Position numbers and translations under genes: made by a program. Of a stretch of DNA of 38,383 nucleotides, positions 1-7,594 are shown one piece after another. The stretch comes from a virus. Its lineage: Duplodnaviria > Caudoviricetes. Below the pieces are notes generated by a model, which saw nothing but the letters and a program-made list of their open reading frames with translations, did not search any database and was not told the origin of the DNA. Position 1 is the stretch's first letter. Each line of letters opens with the position of its first letter. Location of the stretch: IMG/VR virus record IMGVR_UViG_3300027777_000006, positions 1 to 38,383 of that record; one strand, written 5' to 3'.

Positions 1-29
1 GTCTCGATGCTGGTGAAGTAGAAGTACCC
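1..29. repeat. 29-bp terminal direct repeat (left copy), circular assembly overlap
   Basis: GTCTCGATGCTGGTGAAGTAGAAGTACCC is identical to 38355-38383. Confidence 0.97.
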
Positions 30-554
30 GCTACCCCTTTTGTGCTGGATCTCGACTCCGAGGTGCCGGATTGCTGCATCAATGGTGCGTTTGTTCATCG
101 ACACATCGATGTAGGCATTGGTGCGTACAATCTGACCTCCGTTGACAGTGCGCTGAGTGACTGTCCTTTCAAGCCGGATGCGGGGTAATAACTCTCCCGA
201 CGAATCGGCGATCTTTACCACGATGATCCGCTTGTCCGGCACGAGATAAAGGAACCCGTAGAACGGGACTCCGAGACCGCGGGCAAGATTGGCACCGCAC
301 ACAATCTTCTCGTAGGTGACAAGCCACTCGTCACCCCATTCCGCAAGTTGCTGGCGGGTCATCTTCCGGCACTTCGATTCAAAGCATCCCGTGAGTCTGC
401 CGTCTTTGAAGGTGAGACCATCCACCCGTGCAGGTTGATGCTTCGGAGTATTGACGAACATTGAATCGGGGAATGTGATCCGTAGGGAGTCGAGCATCTC
501 CTGCTCCTCCCGTGCGGATTCCTGCCCTTTGGGTGTGAGGATGTCGAGGCTCAT
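1..554 (-). CDS. PD-(D/E)xK nuclease-like protein, 5' part; continues across the circular junction to 38261 (215 aa total)
   Basis: Manual translation from ATG 554, which overlaps the stop of the DnaC-like gene: MSLDILTPKGQ...RVDGL...CFESKCR...; no stop before position 1 and the frame continues from 38354 to TGA at 38263-38261. Confidence 0.8.
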   Translation of the reverse strand, partial: MSLDILTPKGQESAREEQEMLDSLRITFPDSMFVNTPKHQPARVDGLTFKDGRLTGCFESKCRKMTRQQLAEWGDEWLVTYEKIVCGANLARGLGVPFYGFLYLVPDKRIIVVKIADSSGELLPRIRLERTVTQRTVNGGQIVRTNAYIDVSMNKRTIDAAIRHLGVEIQHKRGSGYFYFTSIE

Positions 555-1243
555 AATTTAACAATCGTGCTGAACTCGCTGCCGAGTCGCCGGATGATTG
601 CCTCTCCACGGTCGGCAGAGAACATCTCCCGTAACTGCTTCCCGTCCGAGTTGGATGTCCATATGGTCGGAAGTCTCCGGCTTGTCCGGTACTCCAGCAG
701 GTCGTAGAGTTCGCTCTCTGCTCTATCGGTCATCCGGTTTTTGCCGAGATCATCCAGTAGCAAGAGATCGGAGAACTTGCACTGATGGAGGATCGCTTTG
801 GCGACCTCTTTGGTTGCCGGATTGTCGGCGAACTGGTTGGCCGAGTTCAGCGCGAGATCGGTCGATGAGATGAAGAACGTGTTCTGACCCTCCTCATGCA
901 TCCGCTTAAGTAGCATCACCGCGGCGCGAGTCTTCCCTTTGCCGGAGCCTCCAATGAATCCGATTCCTTTGGGGTTCATCGACCATATTTCGGTCGCCAT
1001 TACCAGCGGGGCCGGAATCCTCAAAATATCGCTCTCGTGGTAGATCGGAGGGATCATGAGTTGAAAACGCTGTATAGACACCTTCTCGGCGCGGGAAACG
1101 GCATCCTGCTTTTGATCGTCAACCGCTTTTTCGACACATGAGTCGCACTTGCGGGGTTCAAAGATGGTTTTGCCTCCGAATTGGATCGGTTCGGATTCAA
1201 AGGTTTCGTTGCAGTCTTCGCAGGTATAAATCTTGATGGTCAT
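551..1243 (-). CDS. DnaC/IstB-like AAA+ helicase loader
   Basis: N-terminal CxxC...CxxC; Walker A GGSGKGKT; Walker B LLLLDDLG; PTIWTSN; IIRRL; directly follows the initiator gene. Confidence 0.9.
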   Translation of the reverse strand: MTIKIYTCEDCNETFESEPIQFGGKTIFEPRKCDSCVEKAVDDQKQDAVSRAEKVSIQRFQLMIPPIYHESDILRIPAPLVMATEIWSMNPKGIGFIGGSGKGKTRAAVMLLKRMHEEGQNTFFISSTDLALNSANQFADNPATKEVAKAILHQCKFSDLLLLDDLGKNRMTDRAESELYDLLEYRTSRRLPTIWTSNSDGKQLREMFSADRGEAIIRRLGSEFSTIVKL

Positions 1244-1903
1244 TTAGAAATCGTGTTCGGAGGTTGCTAGTGTGAGGGATCCGGCTGAGATGGGGGCATC
1301 GATCCGGTTGAGCCAGTTGACTACGAACCTTCGGGTCTTGAGTTTGCCGCGGCGGGTGGATAGCCATGCGTCCATCTTTCGAGACTCCGACTCAACATTG
1401 AGGTGGGGGTAGTGAGTCTTTAATGAAACCATCCACTCAACATCCGAGAGCTTTGGAGTCGGGAGTGGCTTGTCCGCGACTCCCCTCTGCTCATTGGTTC
1501 TTTGGTTATTTGGTTCTTTGGTTACTTGGTTAGCTTTCGTCTGGGTTATCTCTGGGTTATTTAAAATAACCACCTCGGTTTTCTTTGGCCTCCCGCCTTG
1601 CTTCCCGTTGGACTGAGCGCGACCCACTCGACCCTTGTAAATTGCAATCTCCTCGTCACACCGCGTATGTACCCAACCTTTTGGGGTCGGCTTGAAGTAT
1701 TCACGGAGGATGCTTGCGACCGTGCTTTTCTCCTCTTCGGTTCGTGCCAATAACCTACGCAAAACCTGCTCGGTTTCTGTAGGTATTGGTGTCTCGTCGA
1801 GGTAGTAAATGTCGAGCAGTTGACGGTAGACTCCGTGCTCCAAAAGCGTGAGGTGCATCGTGTCTCTCCGGTAGTCGCCGATATTGTGTTGGAAGTAGTG
1901 CAT
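1244..1903 (-). CDS. DUF1376/YdaU-family replication initiator
   Basis: MHYFQHNIGDYRRDTMHLTLLEHGVYRQLLDIYY N-terminus; NGKQGGRP linker; C-terminal FVVNWLNR. Confidence 0.88.
   Translation of the reverse strand: MHYFQHNIGDYRRDTMHLTLLEHGVYRQLLDIYYLDETPIPTETEQVLRRLLARTEEEKSTVASILREYFKPTPKGWVHTRCDEEIAIYKGRVGRAQSNGKQGGRPKKTEVVILNNPEITQTKANQVTKEPNNQRTNEQRGVADKPLPTPKLSDVEWMVSLKTHYPHLNVESESRKMDAWLSTRRGKLKTRRFVVNWLNRIDAPISAGSLTLATSEHDF
1494..1560. repeat. Iteron-like repeats, probable replication origin within the initiator gene
   Basis: TTGGTT at 1494, 1502, 1510, 1518 and 1526 (8-bp period), then CTGGGTTAT at 1541 and 1552, followed by an AT-rich run. Confidence 0.6.
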
Positions 1904-1912
1904 ATATACACC

Positions 1913-3187
1913 TCAAGCTAAAAGTTCCTCCCACAGGGTTCTGAAGGCGAGTTCTGCTATTGCTGGAACAACTCCGTTTCCGAGGAGTCGGAGTTCGTCT
2001 GTGCGATTGTCACAGGTGAGGTAGAGGTCTCCATCACCTGACTCCCAAGGCGCAGGATCTTCTTGCCATTGCTGACTTGGTATCCTGTGCTGTTCTGCGC
2101 CTCTGGTGTCATCCAACTGCCCCCCCCCATGCTCTGAATAACTCTCCTCAATAGTTCGTTCCCAACATGACCCGCCTTCTTGCTGCTGTTGCAGTTTTCC
2201 CTCTCGGAATATCCCGATGTCATGCTCATTGATGCCGTTGGCCAACTGCCCGTCCCCTGACTCGGACTCGGTTCCGATCTCGGCGTGATTGGGTTGACAC
2301 AACTCGGCATGACCCACCCCACAGGAAGGCCCATTAGGGTCTCCACCCATCGAGGGTTGAGTTTGCCGTTGTTCCTGTTCCAAGTGCCTGTGTTCTGCAC
2401 TTCGGTCTGACTCGGTAGATCCGAAGCATTCCCCTCCCGAATCATCTGACCCTCGGCGCCCTTGGCATCCCTGCTCTGCGGTGTTACCCACGACTCTTGG
2501 CGGCTCCCAACAGAACTGAGGTTGGCTCGGTCGGCTAGGCCAGACTTGACCACTACCATTGTCAGAGACTCCTGTTGCCCCTTCATGCCCCTGCTGCGGT
2601 CTTGGAAACCCTGCCGAGCTTCCGTTGCCGTCACGGTGGGCCATGATGAAGACCCGCTTCCTCTGGTGAGGTGCGCCGACTTCAGACGCGCTGAATATGC
2701 CTGCCGTAGCTTTGTAACCCACCCGTTCCAGTTCGCGGATGACATGGAGCAGAACGGGGGTTCCTGCGGGGTCTCTCCAGTTGTCTCCTGCAAGTTTTGC
2801 GGAGAGGATTCCTTCAACGTTTTCCAAGAAAACAACTGAAGGTCGGCATCTTCTAATGCCGTCCAATATAAAGGGGAATAGGTGACGGGGATCTTCGTCT
2901 CCATCACGCTTTCCGGCACAACTGAATGGTTGGCAGGGGAACCCTCCAGAGACGATGTCCACCTTTCCAAGAAATCCATCCCAAGGGAGGGTTTTAAGGT
3001 TCGGCCAGACAGGTGCTGCGTCCAAGAGTCCCGCTTCCATTTTAGAGACCAAGTTCGCAATAGCGAAGGACTCGATCTCAGAAAACAAGATTGTGCGAAT
3101 GCTTGGGATTGCTCGTTTGAGTCCGAGATCAATTCCTCCGTATCCAGCACAAAGGGAGATATGATTAATTGTTTTGGTAGTATCCAC
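1913..3187 (-). CDS. DNA (cytosine-5) methyltransferase, main frame (motifs I-VIII and X)
   Basis: SLCAGYGG (I), GGFPCQPFS (IV), FLENVEG (VI), PHQRKRVF (VIII), RLLGNGVVP (X); GTG start. Confidence 0.92.
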   Translation of the reverse strand: MDTTKTINHISLCAGYGGIDLGLKRAIPSIRTILFSEIESFAIANLVSKMEAGLLDAAPVWPNLKTLPWDGFLGKVDIVSGGFPCQPFSCAGKRDGDEDPRHLFPFILDGIRRCRPSVVFLENVEGILSAKLAGDNWRDPAGTPVLLHVIRELERVGYKATAGIFSASEVGAPHQRKRVFIMAHRDGNGSSAGFPRPQQGHEGATGVSDNGSGQVWPSRPSQPQFCWEPPRVVGNTAEQGCQGRRGSDDSGGECFGSTESDRSAEHRHLEQEQRQTQPSMGGDPNGPSCGVGHAELCQPNHAEIGTESESGDGQLANGINEHDIGIFREGKLQQQQEGGSCWERTIEESYSEHGGGQLDDTRGAEQHRIPSQQWQEDPAPWESGDGDLYLTCDNRTDELRLLGNGVVPAIAELAFRTLWEELLA

Positions 3188-3189
3188 AT
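1957..3189 (-). CDS. Overlapping alternative-frame protein carrying MTase motif IX and WxT(P) repeats (putative beta subunit)
   Basis: 410 stop-free codons overlapping the MTase; ATG at 3189 overlaps the MTase GTG at 3187 (ATGTG); contains KLNPRWVETLMGLPVGW plus WPT/WVTP/WPT/WMTP units. Confidence 0.72.
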   Translation of the reverse strand: MWILPKQLIISPFVLDTEELISDSNEQSQAFAQSCFLRSSPSLLRTWSLKWKRDSWTQHLSGRTLKPSLGMDFLERWTSSLEGSPANHSVVPESVMETKIPVTYSPLYWTALEDADLQLFSWKTLKESSPQNLQETTGETPQEPPFCSMSSANWNGWVTKLRQAYSARLKSAHLTRGSGSSSWPTVTATEARQGFQDRSRGMKGQQESLTMVVVKSGLADRANLSSVGSRQESWVTPQSRDAKGAEGQMIREGNASDLPSQTEVQNTGTWNRNNGKLNPRWVETLMGLPVGWVMPSCVNPITPRSEPSPSQGTGSWPTASMSMTSGYSERENCNSSKKAGHVGNELLRRVIQSMGGGSWMTPEAQNSTGYQVSNGKKILRLGSQVMETSTSPVTIAQTNSDSSETELFQQ

Positions 3190-3209
3190 TTTTAGTTTGG
3201 TTAAGGTTA

Positions 3210-3572
3210 TTAGATTGATTCGAGTGCCTTCTTGTAGTCGGGACGCTTCACCCAATCGCTTTCATTGAGGAGGTGGAGGAAGTCCTCTGCCCTTAGAATG
3301 ACCACCCACTCCTCATGGTTCTTCCTGTGCCACACGGTGGCAATCTTGTTGCCGCAATCACGTAGTGCCTGCGCCAATGCTTCATAGAGACTGAGCCTCT
3401 CGACCCTCTTGCATTCGATATGGAGGAATGAGAGGGAGTCGCACCGGATATCTGCCGACTCTCCTCCGGTGTGCCCGCAATACTGCTGCGACCTGCGGGC
3501 CGGATGCCCGTGATCGGCGAGGAACAACGAGAGGTCGCGTTCCCCGACTTTGCCTTTTTGGTTACTGTTCAT
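3210..3572 (-). CDS. Holliday junction resolvase-like PD-(D/E)xK nuclease
   Basis: KGKVGER...ADI...HIECKRVE...WHRKN pattern. Confidence 0.8.
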   Translation of the reverse strand: MNSNQKGKVGERDLSLFLADHGHPARRSQQYCGHTGGESADIRCDSLSFLHIECKRVERLSLYEALAQALRDCGNKIATVWHRKNHEEWVVILRAEDFLHLLNESDWVKRPDYKKALESI

Positions 3573-3729
3573 TGTCTTGTGTGAATTTGGGTTGCTTGTA
3601 TCTGCTGAGTGGAATGTTCGGGATGTAGGGTCTGCCGTTGATCCTCGGCATGCCTGCGGAGAGTTCCTTTGGCGGGATCATCTCCTCATACTCATCGGGG
3701 TCACCAAAGTGGTAGTCGTGCTTCTTCAT
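3562..3729 (-). CDS. Hypothetical protein
   Basis: Short ORF filling the gap in the operon; start taken at ATG 3729. Confidence 0.45.
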   Translation of the reverse strand: MKKHDYHFGDPDEYEEMIPPKELSAGMPRINGRPYIPNIPLSRYKQPKFTQDNEQ

Positions 3730-4045
3730 GCCGCTCCATGTCGCGGGCCTGCGCCTCACGGATTTCCAAGATGCAGTTCTTGAGCAAAAGACTGATGTCG
3801 GCTTCTTTGCCGTGATGGGTGCGTAGAACTACGTACTGGTGATAGAGAAGGCCCACCGCGATCTCGGTCGCCTCATACTTGCCCTCCGCGAGACCGTCCG
3901 CGTGACCCTCCATGTACCCGTGCGTGAAACCGTACTCACACCGATCTTTGGGGGTAGGCACGAATGACTCCGGCGCGACACCGAGATACCGGATGCCTAA
4001 TGTTGCCCAAAACTGCTTCCACTTCGTTTTGATTCTATCGTTCAT
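3701..4045 (-). CDS. Hypothetical protein
   Basis: ATG 4045 follows an A/C-rich leader; contains a GFTHGYMEGHADG G-x-x-x-G repeat. Confidence 0.65.
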   Translation of the reverse strand: MNDRIKTKWKQFWATLGIRYLGVAPESFVPTPKDRCEYGFTHGYMEGHADGLAEGKYEATEIAVGLLYHQYVVLRTHHGKEADISLLLKNCILEIREAQARDMERHEEARLPLW

Positions 4046-4081
4046 TGTTGGTTGGGGTTGGTTGTGTATATACACCTGCGG

Positions 4082-4420
4082 CTAAAAGTTAATGTTGAAT
4101 TTGGTTCGTATCCGGCAGGCGGGTACGTCGAGAAACTGACAAAGGTTGTCCAGTGCCCTTGACTTGAAGAAGGCGACGAGGTCATAGGCATCGCACTCCT
4201 CCAATCCGATGGGGGATCTCGTGCCACTTGCTCCTCCCTGCTTGTTGTAGCGCATGCGGAAGTGATAACCGTCCACTATGTTGTCCGGCGTTATAGCCCC
4301 ATACGCTTTGAGCGTTGTCATGTCCTCAACTGCTTGCGCGAGAATACTCATTGCCACCCGCTTCCAGCACCGATTCATGTGGGCCGTGTCGCCGGAGATG
4401 TCGGGACGGTCGCTGATCAT
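4082..4420 (-). CDS. Hypothetical protein
   Basis: ATGA-coupled to the upstream gene, with a GGAGG SD. Confidence 0.65.
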   Translation of the reverse strand: MISDRPDISGDTAHMNRCWKRVAMSILAQAVEDMTTLKAYGAITPDNIVDGYHFRMRYNKQGGASGTRSPIGLEECDAYDLVAFFKSRALDNLCQFLDVPACRIRTKFNINF

Positions 4421-4626
4421 GCTGCCCTCCTCTCCGCACGGATCTGATGCCACTCACGTGCCGCGGAATTGAGTACACTCAACTCGTCGGCATGAGTCCG
4501 CATCCGCATGAAGTGGTGGGTCGGAACCCATCGCTCGCTCTGATCGCCGTCCTTCTTGAAGTATGACTGATACTGCCAAAAGCGCATTGAGCCGCAGGGA
4601 GAGTAGTCTCCGCGTTTGTGCCTCAT
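4417..4626 (-). CDS. Hypothetical protein
   Basis: ATGA-coupled at both ends, with an AAGGAGG SD. Confidence 0.65.
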   Translation of the reverse strand: MRHKRGDYSPCGSMRFWQYQSYFKKDGDQSERWVPTHHFMRMRTHADELSVLNSAAREWHQIRAERRAA

Positions 4627-5567
4627 GCTGCCTCCTTCGTGAGAATGAGGGAGACCGTTGCCTCACTAGTGGTCATGGGGAGAGGTTCGTCGGTGAGTTC
4701 TGCCCATCGTGCTTTGACTGCTTTCGTGTCAAGACGGGAGGATCCCTTCCGGTGCTGGAGATCAACGCCCTCAATCACCTCACCTGCCTCAAGAGCACTC
4801 TTCACGATGGAGGTCGGGTCGATGTCTTCGACCACCTCTTGAAGACGCTTGTACGCCTTCAGAAATCGTGCCGCGTTGGAGGGTGATGCGGTGATCCACT
4901 CCTTCGTGAACTCGATGGCCCTCATTTCTGAAGGGACGATCTCCGTGGAGGAGATCACCTCAAGTGCCGGACTGAGGCGGGTAGGGCAGATCGTGCGCTT
5001 CTGACACCACTTGCAGTACTGGTTGACGTTGGCGGGTTCTTCCTGCGCCTGTACCCTCTCAATGATCCCGTAGACGATCTCGCGGGCATTTTCGAGAGTC
5101 CATGACTCGATGTGATCATTGCCCGTGTCGATGCCAACGATGACCGAGATGCAGGACTCCTCTCCCGTGCGCTCCATCAGCATGAGGGAGTAGACTGCCA
5201 TCTGCTGCATGTACGACCGCGGGTCGGAACGTGTGCCACTCTTGTAGTCCACCAGCACGAGCGACCCTTCATGGTAGCCCCACATGTCTGCCGTGCCGAA
5301 GGTGAGTTCCTTCAAGTCGCCATCGATGAGTTGGAGGGTCTGCTCCACTCCGCGGACATCGGTGATGAATGCCTTTGCCCGTGCGTATGCTGCCGCGGCA
5401 TCCGAGTTAGTGATCGGTGTGCCGTGCGTGTGGTGCTTCTCGATCTGAGCGTGAAGGTCGGTGCCGCGGTCTGCCGCTTTGCCAACAACGGGATCCGGTG
5501 CGTACTGGACGCAAAGGTTCAGCTTCGGGAATGCCGAAGGTGAGAGGGTGGGGTGGTGCCTACTCAT
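4623..5567 (-). CDS. PD-(D/E)xK exonuclease (DUF2800/Cas4-like recombination nuclease)
   Basis: HHPTLSPS...RGTDLH...FGTAD...LVDYKSG...QMAVY...CKWC...C; close to the ERF gene. Confidence 0.85.
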   Translation of the reverse strand: MSRHHPTLSPSAFPKLNLCVQYAPDPVVGKAADRGTDLHAQIEKHHTHGTPITNSDAAAAYARAKAFITDVRGVEQTLQLIDGDLKELTFGTADMWGYHEGSLVLVDYKSGTRSDPRSYMQQMAVYSLMLMERTGEESCISVIVGIDTGNDHIESWTLENAREIVYGIIERVQAQEEPANVNQYCKWCQKRTICPTRLSPALEVISSTEIVPSEMRAIEFTKEWITASPSNAARFLKAYKRLQEVVEDIDPTSIVKSALEAGEVIEGVDLQHRKGSSRLDTKAVKARWAELTDEPLPMTTSEATVSLILTKEAA

Positions 5568-5676
5568 TTTCGTCGGTCTCCTTATTCTCGTCCTCGTAGG
5601 ACTTGCGGGTCTCGGCATCGTAAGCCGCTTTCCACTCGTGCCATGCGTCCACATAGGTATCGTCGCGGGGGATCAT
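5560..5676 (-). CDS. Small acidic hypothetical protein (38 aa)
   Basis: Manual translation MIPRDDTYVDAWHEWK...; ATGA-coupled, with an SD. Confidence 0.55.
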   Translation of the reverse strand: MIPRDDTYVDAWHEWKAAYDAETRKSYEDENKETDENE

Positions 5677-6164
5677 GCTGCACCTCCTGCCATTTCAATC
5701 GTAAGTTCCTTGTAGCAATCACTGGTCTTGCCGAACCCACCTACTATTTCCGCAAGCACACCCAATCCCCACTCATTCATTGCTGCATTTACGCAGTATG
5801 CGACAATTCTGACGTTGTCTGGTGTGTACCCTTTCTTTGGGTCTATCCTATCAAATGATGGGCGATATGGATTACGAAAGAAGTCTTTCTGGCATGGTTT
5901 GAATTGTATCCCACTAACCCAACACCTGCCTTCGGTAGCGTTTAATCCCTTCTGAACATGGGCTATATTTAGTGAAAATGGGATCCCTTTGAGTCTTGCC
6001 CTCTTTTTGCAATCACCCAACGACTCTCTTAATTGGTAATATGCCCAAAGTGTACGGTAGGGAGTGGTGAGTCCATCCTCTGATACAGCGGCACCACTGC
6101 CTTTGCGGTTAGCAAGGAGGACTCGATCCATCTCTCTTTTTGATACAGAATTGCGCTCGATCAT
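5673..6164 (-). CDS. HNH-like (His-Me finger) endonuclease, probable homing or moron gene
   Basis: CWVSG...PSFDRIDPKKGYTPDNVRIVAYCVN motif; visibly more AT-rich than its neighbours. Confidence 0.75.
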   Translation of the reverse strand: MIERNSVSKREMDRVLLANRKGSGAAVSEDGLTTPYRTLWAYYQLRESLGDCKKRARLKGIPFSLNIAHVQKGLNATEGRCWVSGIQFKPCQKDFFRNPYRPSFDRIDPKKGYTPDNVRIVAYCVNAAMNEWGLGVLAEIVGGFGKTSDCYKELTIEMAGGAA

Positions 6165-6796
6165 GCTGCCTCCTTAATGTCGGAGAAGGAGAAGGCGACG
6201 ACCTCCTCCCACTTTGCGACGAGTCCCTTCAAGAACGGGATCGGGAGGGTCTTGACCGTGGTTGCGTCCACCTTCGCGTCTTTGCTCTTGAGGTAGGCGA
6301 ATATCTCCGGCTCTGAGACTTTGTCGATCTTCATGAGGGAGGTGACCTCACCTGACCAATCCTTCGTGGGGATCTTTGGTGCCGATGGCATCTGAACCGA
6401 GTACTTGCTGTGGCTTGCCTGCTGCCCGTCATCGTCATCATCCGCGGCGATGCAGAGGATCGAGGAGATCGCGTATCTGCGAGCGTAGGTGAGGGCAGAA
6501 CCGACTCCCTGCGCAGTCTGATCCTTCAGCGGGAGGAGTAGTGTGCTCTCCCTGCTATCGCCAGAGGTGTGGAGGATGCGGGTTACCACGCCCGCACAAC
6601 CGTCTTTGTAGATCGGCTCTTGCGAGAGGGCGAGACCGTGCGCGGCGAGTACGGGACGGGCCGCGTCGAGGATCGCGTCAAGCGATGCGTAGCGGTTCTT
6701 GAAGTGGGGGTTGGTAGCGTTCTTGCCGACATTGCGGAGTTCGCCGAGGGCCGCGACAAGTGCCGCGGAGAGGGAGTCTGTGTTCATGTTGCTCAT
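6161..6796 (-). CDS. erf: ERF-family single-strand annealing protein
   Basis: KNATNPHFKNRYASLD...HTSG...QGVGSALTYARRYAI...DDDG. Confidence 0.92.
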   Translation of the reverse strand: MSNMNTDSLSAALVAALGELRNVGKNATNPHFKNRYASLDAILDAARPVLAAHGLALSQEPIYKDGCAGVVTRILHTSGDSRESTLLLPLKDQTAQGVGSALTYARRYAISSILCIAADDDDDGQQASHSKYSVQMPSAPKIPTKDWSGEVTSLMKIDKVSEPEIFAYLKSKDAKVDATTVKTLPIPFLKGLVAKWEEVVAFSFSDIKEAA

Positions 6797-6817
6797 GTGT
6801 TTGGGTTGTGGGTTGGT

Positions 6818-6919
6818 TTACTGACGGAATCGGGACATCAGTCCGGCGATGAGGTCTGATGCCTCCTCGCGGGCGATGAATAGGATTGCTCCGGTGAGTG
6901 CTGAGATAAGTGCGATCAT
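6818..6919 (-). CDS. Small hydrophobic hypothetical protein (33 aa)
   Basis: Manual translation MIALISALTGAILFIAREE...; A/C-rich leader. Confidence 0.5.
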   Translation of the reverse strand: MIALISALTGAILFIAREEASDLIAGLMSRFRQ

Positions 6920-6937
6920 GTGGTTGTTGGGTTTTGG

Positions 6938-7114
6938 TTATTTGCCGGACGGGTGTGTAGACACCTTTGGGCAAAAGTTTGTGCCGGATGGGAAGAGTTG
7001 GGAGAGGAAGCGGTTCCAGTGAAGGTTCGGCCTATCTCCGTGATACTCGGTGGCAGGCGACCAGTTGCGCCGGACACCGACCGAGCGGAGGGCAGAGTTG
7101 AGGGTCTTATCCAT
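6938..7114 (-). CDS. Hypothetical protein (58 aa)
   Basis: Manual translation MDKTLNSALRSVGVRRNW...; start overlaps the excisionase stop. Confidence 0.45.
   Translation of the reverse strand: MDKTLNSALRSVGVRRNWSPATEYHGDRPNLHWNRFLSQLFPSGTNFCPKVSTHPSGK
6952..6965. promoter_or_regulatory. GGTGT-N4-ACACC palindrome (perfect copy)
   Basis: GGTGT gtag ACACC, flanked by TTTGCC and GGCAAA. Confidence 0.7.
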
Positions 7115-7334
7115 TGCTTTCGACGAGTTGATCGAGATCCGCAGTCTTGATGAGGCGGGACTTGCCGAGCTTGTGGGAGATCAGTTTGCCCTGCTTCATC
7201 AGCTTGTAGATGAATGCTGGACTCACCGAGATCCTCGATGCTGCCTCGTCGGGCTTGAGGTACTTCGGTTCTGTATAGACACCTTTAGGCAAAAAGGGGG
7301 TGTGTTTGGTTTGTGTTGTTTTTGGTATGTTCAT
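7107..7334 (-). CDS. xis: Excisionase-like HTH (MerR/HTH_17-type) protein
   Basis: YLKPDEAASRISVSPAFIYKLMKQGKLISHKLGKSRLIKTADLD; near the integrase. Confidence 0.82.
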   Translation of the reverse strand: MNIPKTTQTKHTPFLPKGVYTEPKYLKPDEAASRISVSPAFIYKLMKQGKLISHKLGKSRLIKTADLDQLVESNG

Positions 7335-7513
7335 GATTGTTTGTACTTGTGAGGGTGGGCCTTCTTCTCGTCCTCAATGGGACGCTTGAGAAAGTCCGAG
7401 ACGTTCATTCCGGCTCTCTCTGCAAGAAGATCGAGGATCTTCTTCTCCTGCTCCGTCAACCAAAAGGTCGTGAGCTTTTTGCCTTCCATTCGTTGATTGG
7501 ACATACCCCTCAT
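7331..7513 (-). CDS. Ribbon-helix-helix (CopG/Arc-like) DNA-binding protein
   Basis: Beta strand KLTTFWL followed by TEQEKKILDLLAERAGMNVSDFLK. Confidence 0.72.
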   Translation of the reverse strand: MRGMSNQRMEGKKLTTFWLTEQEKKILDLLAERAGMNVSDFLKRPIEDEKKAHPHKYKQS

Positions 7514-7519
7514 CTAAGC

Positions 7520-7533
7520 GGGGTATAGACACC
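7520..7533. promoter_or_regulatory. GGTGT-N4-ACACC-type site immediately upstream of the RHH gene
   Basis: GGGGT atag ACACC, 6 bp from ATG 7513. Confidence 0.6.
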
Positions 7534-7558
7534 TGTAAAGGATTATTTATCATGGTGG

Positions 7559-7594
7559 AAAAAATAAACGGCTGATGTCTGCCCGTCAGCCGTT
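7559..7594 (-). terminator. Intrinsic terminator
   Basis: AACGGCTGA-N10-TCAGCCGTT stem followed on the minus strand by TATTTTTT. Confidence 0.7.

Noticed and set aside
4623-5567. Cas4 as part of a CRISPR system
   Set aside because: Context next to erf indicates a phage recombination exonuclease; no array or other cas genes
6952-6965. GGTGT-N4-ACACC as a known host LexA box
   Set aside because: The dyad spacing is similar, but the sequence does not match the LexA motifs I know (GAAC-N4-GTTC, TGTTC-N4-GAACA, CTGT-N8-ACAG); a host regulator cannot be excluded
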